Origin: Escherichia coli | Lineage (GTDB): Bacteria > Pseudomonadota > Gammaproteobacteria > Enterobacterales > Enterobacteriaceae | DNA length: 64,000 bases | Assembly: GCF_024700885.2 (NCBI RefSeq) | Contig: NZ_CP117016.1 | Reading direction: 5' to 3' (one strand) | Shown here: positions 1-12,200 of the stretch, one piece after another | How positions within the stretch are numbered: the stretch's first letter is position 1 | How the letters are laid out: every line of letters begins with the position of its first letter | Made by a program: the position numbers and the translations under genes | The notes under the pieces: model-generated | Databases searched by the model: none | What the model was told of the DNA's origin: nothing | The model's input: only the letters and a program-made list of their open reading frames with translations

Positions 1-1
1 T

Positions 2-670
2 AGCCCGGAGTTTGCGCTTAAGTTTAACCAGACCGTGCTGAAAGAGTCAGAGCGCTTTATCAATGAGATGTCACATCGCATCGCGCGTGACCAGCTTGCC
101 TTTGCAGAAACGGAGATGGAAAAGGCACGCCAGCGTCTGGACGCCAGCAAAGCGGAATTGCTCTCTTATCAGGACAACAACAACGTTCTGGATCCACAGG
201 CACAGGCACAGGCGGCGAGCACGTTAGTCAATACGCTGATGGGCCAGAAGATCCAGATGGAAGCGGATCTGCGTAACTTGCTGACGTATCTGCGTGAGGA
301 CGCCCCGCAAGTAGTGAGTGCGCGTAATGCGATTCAGTCATTGCAGGCACAAATCGATGAAGAACAAAGCAAAATCACTGCGCCACAGGGTGACAAGCTA
401 AACCGTATGGCAGTGGATTTTGAAGAAATCAAATCAAAAGTAGAGTTCAACACCGAGCTGTACAAACTGACCCTGACCTCCATTGAAAAGACCCGTGTAG
501 AAGCGGCTCGTAAGCTCAAGGTGCTGTCAGTGATCAGTTCGCCACAGTTGCCGCAGGAATCGTCTTTTCCAAATATCCCTTATTTGATCGCCTGCTGGTT
601 ACTGGTGTGCTGCCTGCTGTTCGGCACCCTGAAACTGTTGCTGGCTGTTATTGAAGATCACCGAGACTAA
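2..670 (+). CDS. kpsE: Capsule export inner-membrane protein KpsE (polysaccharide co-polymerase family), C-terminal part; 5' end lies outside the window
   Basis: Open frame runs from the window edge; translation has a coiled-coil-rich periplasmic region and a C-terminal hydrophobic segment, and sits directly upstream of kpsD-kpsU-kpsC-kpsS in the conserved region 1 order. Confidence 0.85.
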   Translation, partial: SPEFALKFNQTVLKESERFINEMSHRIARDQLAFAETEMEKARQRLDASKAELLSYQDNNNVLDPQAQAQAASTLVNTLMGQKIQMEADLRNLLTYLREDAPQVVSARNAIQSLQAQIDEEQSKITAPQGDKLNRMAVDFEEIKSKVEFNTELYKLTLTSIEKTRVEAARKLKVLSVISSPQLPQESSFPNIPYLIACWLLVCCLLFGTLKLLLAVIEDHRD

Positions 671-690
671 CGCTGTCGCTGAATGAGTTT

Positions 691-2370
691 GTGATGAAAT
701 TATTTAAATCAATTTTACTGATTGCCGCCTGTCACGCGGCGCAGGCCAGCGCGGCCATTGATATTAACGCTGACCCAAACCTTACAGGAGCCGCGCCGCT
801 TACCGGTATTCTGAACGGGCAACAGTCGGATACGCAAAACATGAGCGGCTTCGACAATACCCCGCCGCCCTCACCGCCGGTGGTAATGAGCCGTATGTTT
901 GGTGCTCAACTTTTCAACGGCACCAGCGCGGATAGCGGTGCGACGGTAGGATTCAACCCTGACTATATTCTGAATCCGGGTGATAGCATTCAGGTTCGCT
1001 TGTGGGGTGCGTTCACCTTTGATGGTGCGTTACAGGTTGATCCCAAAGGTAATATTTTCCTGCCGAACGTTGGTCCGGTGAAAGTTGCTGGCGTCAGTAA
1101 TAGTCAGCTAAATGCCCTGGTCACATCCAAAGTGAAGGAAGTATACCAGTCCAACGTCAACGTCTACGCCTCCTTATTACAGGCGCAGCCAGTAAAAGTG
1201 TACGTGACCGGATTTGTGCGTAATCCTGGTCTGTATGGCGGTGTGACGTCTGATTCGTTACTCAATTATCTGATCAAGGCTGGCGGCGTTGATCCAGAGC
1301 GCGGAAGTTACGTTGATATTGTGGTCAAGCGCGGTAACCGCGTGCGCTCCAACGTCAACCTGTACGACTTCCTGCTGAACGGCAAACTGGGGCTTTCGCA
1401 GTTCGCCGATGGTGACACCATCATCGTCGGGCCGCGTCAGCATACTTTCAGCGTTCAGGGCGATGTCTTTAACAGCTACGACTTTGAGTTCCGCGAAAGC
1501 AGCATTCCCGTAACAGAAGCGTTGAGCTGGGCGCGCCCTAAGCCTGGCGCGACTCACATTACGATTATGCGTAAACAGGGGCTGCAAAAACGCAGCGAAT
1601 ACTATCCGATCAGTTCTGCACCAGGCCGTATGTTGCAAAATGGCGATACCTTAATCGTGAGCACTGACCGCTATGCCGGCACCATTCAGGTGCGGGTTGA
1701 AGGCGCGCACTCTGGTGAACATGCCATGGTACTGCCTTATGGTTCCACTATGCGTGCGGTTCTGGAAAAAGTCCGCCCGAACAGCATGTCGCAGATGAAC
1801 GCGGTTCAGCTTTATCGCCCATCAGTAGCTCAGCGTCAGAAAGAGATGCTGAATCTCTCGCTGCAAAAACTGGAGGAAGCCTCACTTTCTGCCCAGTCAT
1901 CCACCAAAGAAGAAGCCAGCCTGCGAATGCAGGAAGCACAACTGATCAGCCGCTTTGTGGCGAAAGCACGCACCGTGGTTCCGAAAGGTGAAGTGATCCT
2001 CAACGAATCCAATATTGATTCTGTTCTGCTTGAAGATGGCGACGTCATCAATATTCCGGAGAAAACATCGCTGGTTATGGTTCATGGCGAAGTGCTGTTC
2101 CCGAACGCGGTGAGCTGGCAGAAGGGTATGACCACCGAGGATTACATCGAGAAATGTGGTGGCCTGACGCAGAAATCGGGTAACGCCAGAATTATCGTCA
2201 TTCGTCAGAACGGTGCAGCCGTCAACGCAGAAGATGTGGATTCACTCAAACCGGGCGATGAGATTATGGTTCTGCCGAAATATGAATCGAAAAACATTGA
2301 AGTTACCCGTGGTATTTCCACCATCCTCTATCAGCTGGCGGTGGGTGCAAAAGTGATTCTGTCTTTGTAA
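691..2370 (+). CDS. kpsD: Capsule polysaccharide export outer-membrane/periplasmic protein KpsD (Wza/OPX family)
   Basis: About 558 aa with an N-terminal signal peptide (MKLFKSILLIAACHAAQA); position between kpsE and kpsU. Confidence 0.9.
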   Translation: MMKLFKSILLIAACHAAQASAAIDINADPNLTGAAPLTGILNGQQSDTQNMSGFDNTPPPSPPVVMSRMFGAQLFNGTSADSGATVGFNPDYILNPGDSIQVRLWGAFTFDGALQVDPKGNIFLPNVGPVKVAGVSNSQLNALVTSKVKEVYQSNVNVYASLLQAQPVKVYVTGFVRNPGLYGGVTSDSLLNYLIKAGGVDPERGSYVDIVVKRGNRVRSNVNLYDFLLNGKLGLSQFADGDTIIVGPRQHTFSVQGDVFNSYDFEFRESSIPVTEALSWARPKPGATHITIMRKQGLQKRSEYYPISSAPGRMLQNGDTLIVSTDRYAGTIQVRVEGAHSGEHAMVLPYGSTMRAVLEKVRPNSMSQMNAVQLYRPSVAQRQKEMLNLSLQKLEEASLSAQSSTKEEASLRMQEAQLISRFVAKARTVVPKGEVILNESNIDSVLLEDGDVINIPEKTSLVMVHGEVLFPNAVSWQKGMTTEDYIEKCGGLTQKSGNARIIVIRQNGAAVNAEDVDSLKPGDEIMVLPKYESKNIEVTRGISTILYQLAVGAKVILSL

Positions 2371-2379
2371 GGAGTTGAA

Positions 2380-3120
2380 ATGAGCAAAGCAGTTATTGTC
2401 ATTCCGGCTCGTTATGGCTCATCGCGCCTGCCGGGTAAGCCACTGCTCGATATTGTTGGTAAACCGATGATCCAGCATGTTTACGAGCGTGCGTTACAGG
2501 TGGCGGGCGTTGCGGAAGTTTGGGTGGCAACAGACGATCCGCGTGTTGAACAGGCCGTGCAGGCATTTGGCGGGAAAGCCATCATGACGCGCAACGATCA
2601 TGAATCCGGCACCGATCGGCTGGTCGAGGTGATGCATAAAGTCGAGGCAGATATCTACATTAACCTGCAGGGCGACGAACCAATGATTCGCCCGCGGGAT
2701 GTAGAAACGCTGTTACAAGGAATGCGTGATGACCCCGCGTTGCCAGTGGCAACGCTATGCCACGCGATTTCTGCCGAAGAAGCTGCTGAGCCAAGCACGG
2801 TAAAAGTGGTGGTAAATACCCGCCAGGATGCGCTTTATTTCAGCCGTTCGCCTATTCCGTATCCGCGTAATGCTGAAAAAGCGCGCTACCTGAAACACGT
2901 TGGTATTTACGCTTATCGTCGCGATGTGCTGCAAAACTACAGCCAGTTACCGGAGTCCATGCAGGAGCAGGCAGAATCACTGGAGCAGCTGCGGTTGATG
3001 AGCGCGGGGATCAACATCCGCACATTTGAGGTTGCCGCAACCGGTCCGGGCGTCGACACCCCAGCATGCCTGGAAAAAGTGCGCGCCCTGATGGCACAGG
3101 AACTGGCTGAAAACGCATGA
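2380..3120 (+). CDS. kpsU: CMP-Kdo synthetase (3-deoxy-manno-octulosonate cytidylyltransferase), capsule-specific paralogue
   Basis: 246 aa; N-terminal [16 protein letters not shown] nucleotidyltransferase motif typical of KdsB/KpsU; RBS GGAG upstream. Confidence 0.9.
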   Translation: MSKAVIVIPARYGSSRLPGKPLLDIVGKPMIQHVYERALQVAGVAEVWVATDDPRVEQAVQAFGGKAIMTRNDHESGTDRLVEVMHKVEADIYINLQGDEPMIRPRDVETLLQGMRDDPALPVATLCHAISAEEAAEPSTVKVVVNTRQDALYFSRSPIPYPRNAEKARYLKHVGIYAYRRDVLQNYSQLPESMQEQAESLEQLRLMSAGINIRTFEVAATGPGVDTPACLEKVRALMAQELAENA

Positions 3121-5144
3121 TTGGCATTTTCTCGTCCGGTATCTGGCGTATTCCGCATCTGGAGAAATTTCTGGCGCAACCGTGCCAGAAACTTTCTCTG
3201 CTGCGCCCTGTTCCGCAAGAAGTTGATGCTATCGCCGTGTGGGGACATCGTCCCAGCGCGGCGAAACCAGTCGCCATCGCCAAAGCAGCGGGAAAACCCG
3301 TCATTCGTCTGGAAGATGGATTTGTGCGTTCGCTGGATCTTGGCGTCAATGGCGAGCCGCCGCTTTCTCTGGTGGTGGATGATTGTGGCATTTACTACGA
3401 TGCCAGCAAGCCTTCAGCACTGGAGAAACTGGTACAGGATAAAGCCGGAAATACAGCTCTGATAAGTCTGGCCAGAGAAGCGATGCACACCATCGTGACC
3501 GGGGATTTGTCGAAATATAACCTGGCACCTGCGTTTGTGGCTGATGAGTCAGAACGTTCAGACATCGTTCTGGTTGTCGATCAGACATTTAATGATATGT
3601 CAGTGACGTATGGCAATGCTGGCCCGCATGAGTTTGCTGCCATGCTGGAAGCCGCGATGGCGGAAAATCCTCAAGCCGAAATTTGGGTGAAGGTGCACCC
3701 AGATGTACTGGAAGGAAAGAAAACAGGTTATTTCGCTGATCTGCGCGCCACGCAACGAGTACGTTTGATTGCTGAGAATGTCAGCCCGCAGTCGCTGTTG
3801 CGACACGTTTCCCGGGTTTACGTCGTGACCTCCCAGTATGGCTTTGAAGCCTTGCTGGCAGGAAAACCAGTAACATGTTTCGGCCAGCCCTGGTATTCAG
3901 GTTGGGGCTTAACCGACGATCGTCATCCACAGTCCGCTTTGTTATCTGCCCGACGCGGTTCTGCCACGCTGGAGGAACTTTTTGCCGCTGCATACCTGCG
4001 TTACTGTCGCTATATCGATCCGCAAACGGGAGAAGTAAGCGATATATTTACTGTGCTGCAATGGCTGCAATTACAACGTCGACATCTGCAACAGCGTAAT
4101 GGTTATTTATGGGCGCCAGGCTTAACGCTGTGGAAGTCAGCGATCCTGAAACCTTTCTTGCAAACGGCAACAAACCGGCTGAGTTTTTCACGTCGTTGTA
4201 CTGCGGCGAGCGCCTGCGTGGTATGGGGTGTAAAGGGAGAACAGCAATGGCGAGCCGAAGCGCAACGAAAATCACTGCCGTTATGGCGAATGGAAGATGG
4301 TTTTCTGCGTTCATCCGGACTTGGCTCTGACCTTTTGCCGCCGCTATCGTTGGTCCTGGATAAACGCGGGATCTACTATGACGCCACGCGCCCCAGCGAC
4401 CTGGAAGTGTTGCTTAATCACAGCCAGTTAACACTGGCGCAGCAGATGCGAGCTGAGAAGTTGCGGCAACGGGTGGTTGAAAGCAAACTGAGCAAATACA
4501 ACCTAGGGGCCGATTTCTCTCTGCCTGCCGAAGCCCAAGATAAAAAAATCATCCTGGTGCCGGGTCAGGTAGAAGACGATGCCTCAATTAAAACAGGCAC
4601 TGTGTCGATTAAGAGCAACCTTGAGTTATTACGCACAGTACGCGAGCGCAATCCGCACGCCTACATTGTTTATAAACCGCACCCGGATGTACTGGTGGGG
4701 AATCGCAAGGGCAATATTCCGACAGAACTAATTGCTGAACTCGCTGATTATCAGGCACTGGACGCAGATATTATTCAATGCATTCAGCGCGCAGATGAAG
4801 TGCACACCATGACATCATTGTCCGGGTTTGAAGCGTTATTACATGGCAAGCAAGTTCATTGTTACGGCCTGCCCTTCTATGCCGGTTGGGGTTTAACCGT
4901 TGATGAACATCACTGCCCGCGCCGCGAACAAAAATTAACGTTAGCAGATTTGATCTATCAGGCGTTGATTGTTTATCCAACCTATATCCACCCAACACGG
5001 CTACAACCTATTACGGTTGAAGAGGCGGCGGAATATTTGATCCAGACGCCGCGCAAGCCGATGTTTATTACCCGAAAAAAAGCGGGACGAGTCATACGCT
5101 ATTACCGCAAATTAATTATGTTCTGCAAGGTCAGATTTGGCTAA
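3117..5144 (+). CDS. kpsC: Capsule beta-Kdo transferase KpsC (tandem duplicated domains)
   Basis: 675 aa; internal duplication visible in the translation (two copies of ...GFVRS.GLG...PPLSLV.D..GIYYDA... and ...[12 protein letters not shown]...); start overlaps kpsU stop (ATGA). Confidence 0.9.
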   Translation: MIGIFSSGIWRIPHLEKFLAQPCQKLSLLRPVPQEVDAIAVWGHRPSAAKPVAIAKAAGKPVIRLEDGFVRSLDLGVNGEPPLSLVVDDCGIYYDASKPSALEKLVQDKAGNTALISLAREAMHTIVTGDLSKYNLAPAFVADESERSDIVLVVDQTFNDMSVTYGNAGPHEFAAMLEAAMAENPQAEIWVKVHPDVLEGKKTGYFADLRATQRVRLIAENVSPQSLLRHVSRVYVVTSQYGFEALLAGKPVTCFGQPWYSGWGLTDDRHPQSALLSARRGSATLEELFAAAYLRYCRYIDPQTGEVSDIFTVLQWLQLQRRHLQQRNGYLWAPGLTLWKSAILKPFLQTATNRLSFSRRCTAASACVVWGVKGEQQWRAEAQRKSLPLWRMEDGFLRSSGLGSDLLPPLSLVLDKRGIYYDATRPSDLEVLLNHSQLTLAQQMRAEKLRQRVVESKLSKYNLGADFSLPAEAQDKKIILVPGQVEDDASIKTGTVSIKSNLELLRTVRERNPHAYIVYKPHPDVLVGNRKGNIPTELIAELADYQALDADIIQCIQRADEVHTMTSLSGFEALLHGKQVHCYGLPFYAGWGLTVDEHHCPRREQKLTLADLIYQALIVYPTYIHPTRLQPITVEEAAEYLIQTPRKPMFITRKKAGRVIRYYRKLIMFCKVRFG

Positions 5145-5178
5145 ACAATTTCATAGTTGACTATTACACAAATTATTT

Positions 5179-6414
5179 ATGCAAGGTAATGCACTAACCG
5201 TTTTATTATCCGGTAAAAAATATCTGCTATTGCAGGGGCCAATGGGACCCTTTTTCAGTGATGTTGCCGAGTGGCTAGAGTCATTAGGTCGTAACGCTGT
5301 GAATGTAGTATTCAACGGCGGGGATCGTTTTTACTGCCGTCATCGACAATACCTGGCTTACTACCAAACGCCGAAAGAGTTTCCCGGATGGTTACGGGAT
5401 CTCCATCGGCAATATGACTTTGATACCATCCTCTGCTTTGGTGACTGCCGCCCATTGCACAAAGAAGCAAAACGCTGGGCAAAGTCGAAAGGGATCCGCT
5501 TTCTGGCATTTGAGGAAGGATATTTACGCCCGCAATTTATTACCGTTGAAGAAGGCGGAGTGAACGCATATTCATCGCTACCGCGCGATCCGGATTTTTA
5601 TCGTAAGTTACCAGATATGCCTGCGCCGCACGTTGAGAACTTAAAACCTTCAACGATGAAACGCATTGGCCATGCGATGTGGTATTACCTGATGGGCTGG
5701 CATTACCGTCATGAGTTCCCTCGCTACCGCCACCACAAATCATTTTCCCCCTGGTATGAAGCTCGTTGCTGGGTTCGTGCGTACTGGCGCAAGCAACTTT
5801 ACAAGGTAACACAGCGTAAAGTATTGCCGCGGTTAATGAATGAGCTGGATCAGCGTTATTATCTTGCCGTTTTGCAGGTGTATAACGATAGCCAGATTCG
5901 TAACCACAGCAATTATAACGATGTGCGAGATTATATTAATGAAGTCATGTACTCATTTTCGCGTAAAGCGCCAAAAGAAAGTTATTTGGTGATCAAGCAC
6001 CATCCAATGGATCGTGGTCACAGACTCTATCGACCATTAATTAAACGGTTGAGTAAGGAATATGGCTTAGGTGAGCGCGTCATTTATGTGCACGATCTCC
6101 CGATGCCGGAATTGTTACGCCACGCAAAAGCGGTGGTGACAATTAACAGTACGGCGGGGATATCTGCGCTGATTCACAACAAACCACTCAAAGTGATGGG
6201 CAATGCCCTGTACGACATCAAAGGCTTGACGTATCAAGGGCATTTGCACCAGTTCTGGCAGGCCGATTTTAAACCGGATATGAAACTGTTTAAGAAGTTT
6301 CGGGGGTATTTATTGGTGAGGACGCAGATTAATGGGGTTTATTATGGTGATAGATGTTTTGAACATGATATTAAGGTGGATAAGGATTCTTGGAGTCTTA
6401 CACGTCAAGTTTGA
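5179..6414 (+). CDS. kpsS: Capsule beta-Kdo transferase KpsS
   Basis: About 400 aa, same fold family as the KpsC domains; last gene of region 1; the precise start codon is uncertain. Confidence 0.85.
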   Translation: MQGNALTVLLSGKKYLLLQGPMGPFFSDVAEWLESLGRNAVNVVFNGGDRFYCRHRQYLAYYQTPKEFPGWLRDLHRQYDFDTILCFGDCRPLHKEAKRWAKSKGIRFLAFEEGYLRPQFITVEEGGVNAYSSLPRDPDFYRKLPDMPAPHVENLKPSTMKRIGHAMWYYLMGWHYRHEFPRYRHHKSFSPWYEARCWVRAYWRKQLYKVTQRKVLPRLMNELDQRYYLAVLQVYNDSQIRNHSNYNDVRDYINEVMYSFSRKAPKESYLVIKHHPMDRGHRLYRPLIKRLSKEYGLGERVIYVHDLPMPELLRHAKAVVTINSTAGISALIHNKPLKVMGNALYDIKGLTYQGHLHQFWQADFKPDMKLFKKFRGYLLVRTQINGVYYGDRCFEHDIKVDKDSWSLTRQV

Positions 6415-6574
6415 AGATTAATATTTTTTAACAAAAATGGCTAATCATTACTTGTTAACCATTTAGTAAACTGCAAAAACACGAAATTATCAATTATACA
6501 AAACTTCAAGATTATTAATTAAATAACAAAAAAACGAACATATCTTAACTTTATGAAAAATAAATAATAATATA

Positions 6575-7711
6575 TTAATACAAACTCTCTAACTTATCTT
6601 TTTTAATTTTTGTATCTTCTTTTAAATACTCACACAGCCAGCGAATACGTTGCTTAAAACTCATATTTTCAAGCGATGAAAATGAATATGACAAAATGTA
6701 TTTTTGAATATACTCAGGACAAGACTCAATATTTAATATGTCATCGCCAACGTGAAATAAATTATGTTTATAATAAGATAATATCTTTTTAGGAATAAAA
6801 ACATTTTCTTTGCAATTACCATTGACTATAACACCGCATGGTATTTTACGAGAATGAAACTGAACTTCCATTGCTGATATATCTGTTAATGCATATGATA
6901 CTTTTATATTATTAGTTATCTTTCTTCGTAATTTAATTAGGGGGAATCGAGTTCCTTCAATGAATCCATTTGTTATTTTATAAACAATTAAACCAGCTTT
7001 CGTGAAAAGCCTAATACTCTCATTAAGAATGGCTTTGTATTTATGATCTCGATGACCTATGTTTGGATGTGCTTGTATATAAAGAATATTTATTTTTTTG
7101 ATTTTACAAAATTTTATTATCTTATGTGTGGTTTCATTATTTATCGAACTATAATTTTCTTCTGGGATTCCCCCCTCCCATGTTGGAGCATATACAGCAG
7201 AACGAGAATTTACATCAAACTGAAAATAATTATGTCCAATGAAAGTATTTCCTAATTTAATTACTTTCCCATTTCTAATATCGAATGGTGTAAAAATTCC
7301 GGACTTAAGGTATCTATCAATACCTACATCTCCAGAAGTGACTACGTAATCATAAATTTTTATAATCGGTTTTACAGAAGCAAGTTTATGGCTTTCACCA
7401 TGTGTAACAAAAACGTGAATCAGGTTTCTATTTGCCACAATACGACAATTTGATTGAGCGTTGAATAAATAGAAAACAATTTTACCATTATTAAAAACCA
7501 AGTCTGAATTTTTCTTAATAAATTTAAATGAAATATTATGTTTATTAAACTCCTCAGTAAATTTTTTTTCTATTTCTTTATAGTACTTACAATACACACT
7601 TATGCAATCCTCCACATTGAATACTTGTGCCTGAAAATAACGAATTAACTGTTCCAAAGCTCCTTCAATTTTTGTATCAATATATAAATAGTATAGGTTA
7701 TTAACAGACAC
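6575..7711 (-). CDS. Region 2 TagF-like CDP-polyol phosphotransferase (teichoic-acid-type)
   Basis: 378 aa; contains the YAPTWEG motif characteristic of CDP-glycerol/ribitol phosphotransferases (TagF/TagB family); AT-rich codon usage. Confidence 0.6.
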   Translation of the reverse strand: MSVNNLYYLYIDTKIEGALEQLIRYFQAQVFNVEDCISVYCKYYKEIEKKFTEEFNKHNISFKFIKKNSDLVFNNGKIVFYLFNAQSNCRIVANRNLIHVFVTHGESHKLASVKPIIKIYDYVVTSGDVGIDRYLKSGIFTPFDIRNGKVIKLGNTFIGHNYFQFDVNSRSAVYAPTWEGGIPEENYSSINNETTHKIIKFCKIKKINILYIQAHPNIGHRDHKYKAILNESIRLFTKAGLIVYKITNGFIEGTRFPLIKLRRKITNNIKVSYALTDISAMEVQFHSRKIPCGVIVNGNCKENVFIPKKILSYYKHNLFHVGDDILNIESCPEYIQKYILSYSFSSLENMSFKQRIRWLCEYLKEDTKIKKDKLESLY

Positions 7712-7727
7712 AATATATACCTTTTAT

Positions 7728-9101
7728 TTATCGCCCATCTTTTCTAACGTCTATAATAAGACCCGTGCTATTAGCTCCTAATACTTTGAGGCTTGTCAGG
7801 GCAACATCTCTAGGATCTAATAATAACTCTGCAGGTTCAATGCCAAAGTTGATGGTACGCATTGGAGTTGCAGTTCGTTCAGGGTTAATACAGTTTACTT
7901 TAATATTTTCAGATGACCATTCCTCAGCTATTGCTTGTGTAAAGTTTACGATAGCAGCTTTTGATGAGGAATAAAGAGCATAATATGAACGGCCACGCGT
8001 GTATGAACTTGAAGTAAAATTAAGTAGCATCCCTGAAGATTTCTTCAAATATTGCTTGGATGCCATCGCTATATTTACAGCCCCAATAAAATTTATATTT
8101 ATTAGAGTATGAACTTCTTCATTTGTTAACATATCAATAGGTTTTTTTATCAAAACCCCAGCAGTATTAATGATATAATCGATGCAACCTAACTTTTTCT
8201 CCATTTGAGCAAGATAGTTTTTTACACACTCAATATCAACAATATCAACATTATTGAAGCTACGGCTAGCAATTTCAACATTCGCGCCTAATAAAATAGC
8301 TGCTTTCTTTATCTCAAGACCAATCCCGCTGTTTCCACCAAATATAATTATATTTTTACCTTTGATATAATCGAGATTATCACCAGTGTTAAATGAAATT
8401 TTATTTGCTTCCTGAAGAAGCTTCTCAGCAATAAAAAGATCAATTGGGTGTGTAACTTTCATGTTTGATTCAGCACCAACCACAGTTGCTACACGTACAC
8501 CAGGTACCATTGAGCGTACAACACCACAATCACAAGTAAAACTAAATCGCTGAGCATTGATGGCACGTTGATAGGCCTGTTTCAGCGTCCCTAATTTAAA
8601 TGCCTGAGGGGTCTGGCCCCGGCGCATTACAGCCCTGTTTGGAATATTAGAAATACATCCATCGTCATACACTTCGACGAGCGTATCAGCGGATGGAATT
8701 ACAACATCTACAGCCTCAAAATTTCTTAAAGCATCAATGCAATTATTAATAATTGATTCATTAATTAATGGTCTTACTGCATCATGAAGTAAAATATTAG
8801 AATTGTTATCTTCTCCCTCAAGACCTTGTAATGCAGAATAGGTTGAATCAAATCGCTCTTTTCCACCATTAAAAACTTTTGTAACTTTTTTCCATTGATT
8901 TTTTTTTACAAATTTCCAAATTAGGTCCACATAACTTGGGTGAGATACGATAATAATTTCATCAATATTCAATGATTTTTCAAAAGCTTCTACTGTGTAC
9001 TCAATTACAGCCTTACCTGCTAATTTTGTAAATTGTTTCGGAAGTGTACCGCCAAATCTTGCCCCCATACCCCCCGATAGAATAACAGCAATATTTTTCA
9101 T
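7728..9101 (-). CDS. Bifunctional CDP-polyol synthase: N-terminal IspD/TarI-like cytidylyltransferase fused to C-terminal short-chain dehydrogenase/reductase (Haemophilus Bcs1-like CDP-ribitol synthase architecture)
   Basis: N-terminus MKNIAVILSGGMGARFG..LPKQF (cytidylyltransferase); C-terminal half has the SDR glycine-rich NAD(P) motif IIIFGGNSGIGLE. The track ORF begins 30 codons upstream, but the ATG at 9101 is preceded by a GGTGGA RBS and matches the family N-terminus. Confidence 0.7.
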   Translation of the reverse strand: MKNIAVILSGGMGARFGGTLPKQFTKLAGKAVIEYTVEAFEKSLNIDEIIIVSHPSYVDLIWKFVKKNQWKKVTKVFNGGKERFDSTYSALQGLEGEDNNSNILLHDAVRPLINESIINNCIDALRNFEAVDVVIPSADTLVEVYDDGCISNIPNRAVMRRGQTPQAFKLGTLKQAYQRAINAQRFSFTCDCGVVRSMVPGVRVATVVGAESNMKVTHPIDLFIAEKLLQEANKISFNTGDNLDYIKGKNIIIFGGNSGIGLEIKKAAILLGANVEIASRSFNNVDIVDIECVKNYLAQMEKKLGCIDYIINTAGVLIKKPIDMLTNEEVHTLININFIGAVNIAMASKQYLKKSSGMLLNFTSSSYTRGRSYYALYSSSKAAIVNFTQAIAEEWSSENIKVNCINPERTATPMRTINFGIEPAELLLDPRDVALTSLKVLGANSTGLIIDVRKDGR

Positions 9102-9201
9102 TTTTCCACCATATAATTTTATAAATGCAATAAATATAAGAATCATTAAATATGACACAACATGATATTTAAAATGTTGTGTCATACACAAACAAATAAA
9201 A

Positions 9202-12200
9202 TTAATGAATAATCTTCTTAGATAGCTTAATTATTACATTACCCAGCACTGGCTTTAATATTGGATTAAATGCCGTTTTGCCAGCAAGTCTAACAATTTT
9301 TTTATTTGAATCAGAGAAGAACATTTCAGGATTTCGTTCAAGTTTATTGAGAAGTCTTATCTTTCTGCTGTCAGAAGTTTGTGCTGCTAAATGTTGATTA
9401 ATTTTAGCCGGTTCTTTTATCTTTACTTTTGAAGTATTAGTTGGTAGTACTTTTTGCTTGGCGTTACTAGGTTTAGCAGATAAGGCTTTAGGGTTTTTAA
9501 GATATTCTTGATATTCTTTTTTTATCGAAGGTGTTGATCTTGCTAAACTCATTTTAATAGATCTTGTAAAAGCACCAACTGGTTTTCCTTGTTTTAATAA
9601 GGCTAAAGATTCTGAAGTGATTGCTGGTGCAAATTCCCTTAATGCTCCCAGAGATGCTTCAGAGTATAACAAATGAGCCATTGAGTTTACTAATACCGGA
9701 TCATCTTGATGATCTCTATACCATTCAAAAGCAAAGCTTGAGAAGTGACGCTCAATTGTGCTTACATCAGATGTGAAGGGTAAGCTATAAAATTCGTTCA
9801 CGAAATTTTTCAAGTACTTACCTAGAGACCAATAGAGTTCAGCATCAAACCTAGCCCGAGCAATAACAGGTACAATTTTTTTTAATTCTCGCTTATAGCC
9901 CGTGACAGTACCATGTGGACAATTAGCAAATATAGCCTCGACAGGAATGAGTGATATATTATTAGTGCTATAATTTATTCTAATATCATTATCAATGGAT
10001 GGGAGAATACTTCGATAATAATAGAATACGCATTCGGAAGGCTTATCAAAAGCATTATCTATAAGTTTTCTTAAACATGTCTGTGTATACCCTCTGGCCC
10101 AATATTCTACGAATGCATATTTTTCATCCGGATTGATTTCTTGTTTGATATAATCAATAACGATCTTTCTCTCTTCTTTAGCCTTCTCAATCAAATAATC
10201 ATGATACTTTGTGGATTTGCTAAAAAACTCTCTGAGTGCAACAAGTTCTGCAGGGCTAATTTTAGAGGATTTGTTGAGCCCAGTTTCTGGAAAAAGCTTT
10301 TGAAATAAATTATGACTGATACTTAATGAAGAAATTAACTTATCATAATTATCAACACCAACCAAATTACCAAAATTAGAGAAAAACTCATCATCAATAC
10401 TTTCAATCATTGCAGGAACACGCCATGCTCGACGAGAACCATAAAAATATTTCGTTTTGATATTCAGTTTTTTCAAACTAACATATGCGTCAGCAATTTC
10501 TTTAAGAAAATGTCCATCTCGCGACACAAAATATAATGTTTCAATCCCTCTATCAATGGCATCCCTAATACACCAAGCAACATATGGAACCATATAACCT
10601 GAGACATGCGCGTAACAGAAATAATCTTTTTCATTAATGCTATTAAAACGCATTCGAGATAACAGACCGGTCAGAAGATAAGAATTGTAATTTCGTATTT
10701 TATTAATCAAAGCAGTTTCATAAGCATTGATTTTCGGTATTTTATGTATTTGAGGTTTTATTCCTAATTCCTTAGCTTTTGTTCCATCTGATGTAGCATT
10801 ATCACCATAATGAATCCATTCTTTAAAGCGCCAAGGAGAATGGTCTTTATAAACCCTAAGATATAACTGCTGGCTTGCTTTTTGCACACCATACTCAGAG
10901 GATAGATACAACGGCAACTTATTTAATAAAGGACTTACGTGAGCCAGCATATTCGAAATAACTTCTTTAGGTAGATACATGTCCGATATTAATACAACCG
11001 TTTCATTCTCTTTAACCAGTTGCTCGGCTTTTTTCACCATCTCATCTATGGGAATTACGTTTTCATATTCAGCCTGTACTTCCCAATCCATTAGCTTAGT
11101 AATTTGACTGTCATTTAGATTATATACTGATTGTATTCTTGAGAATATGTCTCGATAGCTAATTTCATAATGTCCAATGGTCTTGATCAATAACTCTCGG
11201 CAATTTGCTTCTGCTTGCATCCTGATATTAACATAATCAGTATGGAAGATTTCAGGGAACCCCTCATCAGAAGCTTTTATTAATTCCATAACCTTATAGA
11301 AAATACCTTTTGGAATTAAGCATTTACGTCCAATAAGAGTATCAAAAACATCAAAACTATAAAACGTTGGCAAAACCCCTTTATTACCAATTTTAAATTG
11401 ATTCGTTTGATTAATTATATTTTCAAATGTATTTTCATCATCATACGACCAAAATAACTCTTTTATTTTTTCAAGATTATTATCAGAATAAGTTTGATAT
11501 TCATCAATAGCATTAATTAACTCACCAAAACTTTGACACATTTTTCCTGATGTGTGCGATTGATAATCATAAAGCATGATGTGTTTTTCATCGTCAAAAT
11601 CAAAAATATATCTAATGAAATTCTTAACACCTGCAGATACCAAATCATAATAAATTGACGAATAATCTATTATTGCCAGATCAATTTTATTGAAAATTTC
11701 ATATATATCATTCTTATTATCCCAGAAAATAATATTTCTATATTGACCCACCTGTTTTTGAAGTGTTTTAAAATAAAAATCATTAGATATTTCAGGATGC
11801 AATTTAATAATTAGGCATAAATTATTTTTCTCTAGTGTTTTAGATAAAATATTTATATCCTTAATCGCCAAATAGAGGAAATTCTTAGGATTTTTCTCTC
11901 TAAATGTCGGCGCGTACAATGCTAGCTTCGTATCTTTAGGCAACCCAGCCTGAGAAATAATATCATGATTATAAGTAACTACAGGCTCGTATAATGATTG
12001 ATAAATGCAACGTGGGTAACCACCTCTTATAATTTGGTCATCAGTTAAATCCAGCTGTTCTTTAAAATGTTTCTCCATAAATGGAGACGTTACCAAAAAA
12101 CACATATTATTGCTGAATTGCTCATTATATGTTATGTGCTTTTTAGCGATTCTTTGATATAAATATTCTCTATCAGCCTTCTTCTCTATTTGCTTTAATC

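Noticed and set aside
1258-2085. Several 60-130 aa ORFs antisense to kpsD (1258..1638, 1748..1939, 1836..2051, 1897..2085)
   Set aside because: They lie fully inside and opposite a conserved coding gene, with no RBS or independent signal; typical antisense artefacts in GC-balanced DNA.
7728-9191. Extended N-termini of track ORFs (for example 30 extra codons on the region 2 fused enzyme; extra codons on kpsM, glcF, glcC, yghU, hybD, hybE, hybF)
   Set aside because: Internal start codons with RBS-like sequences and family-typical N-termini are more plausible; the longest-ORF starts would run through regulatory elements or overlap upstream genes extensively.
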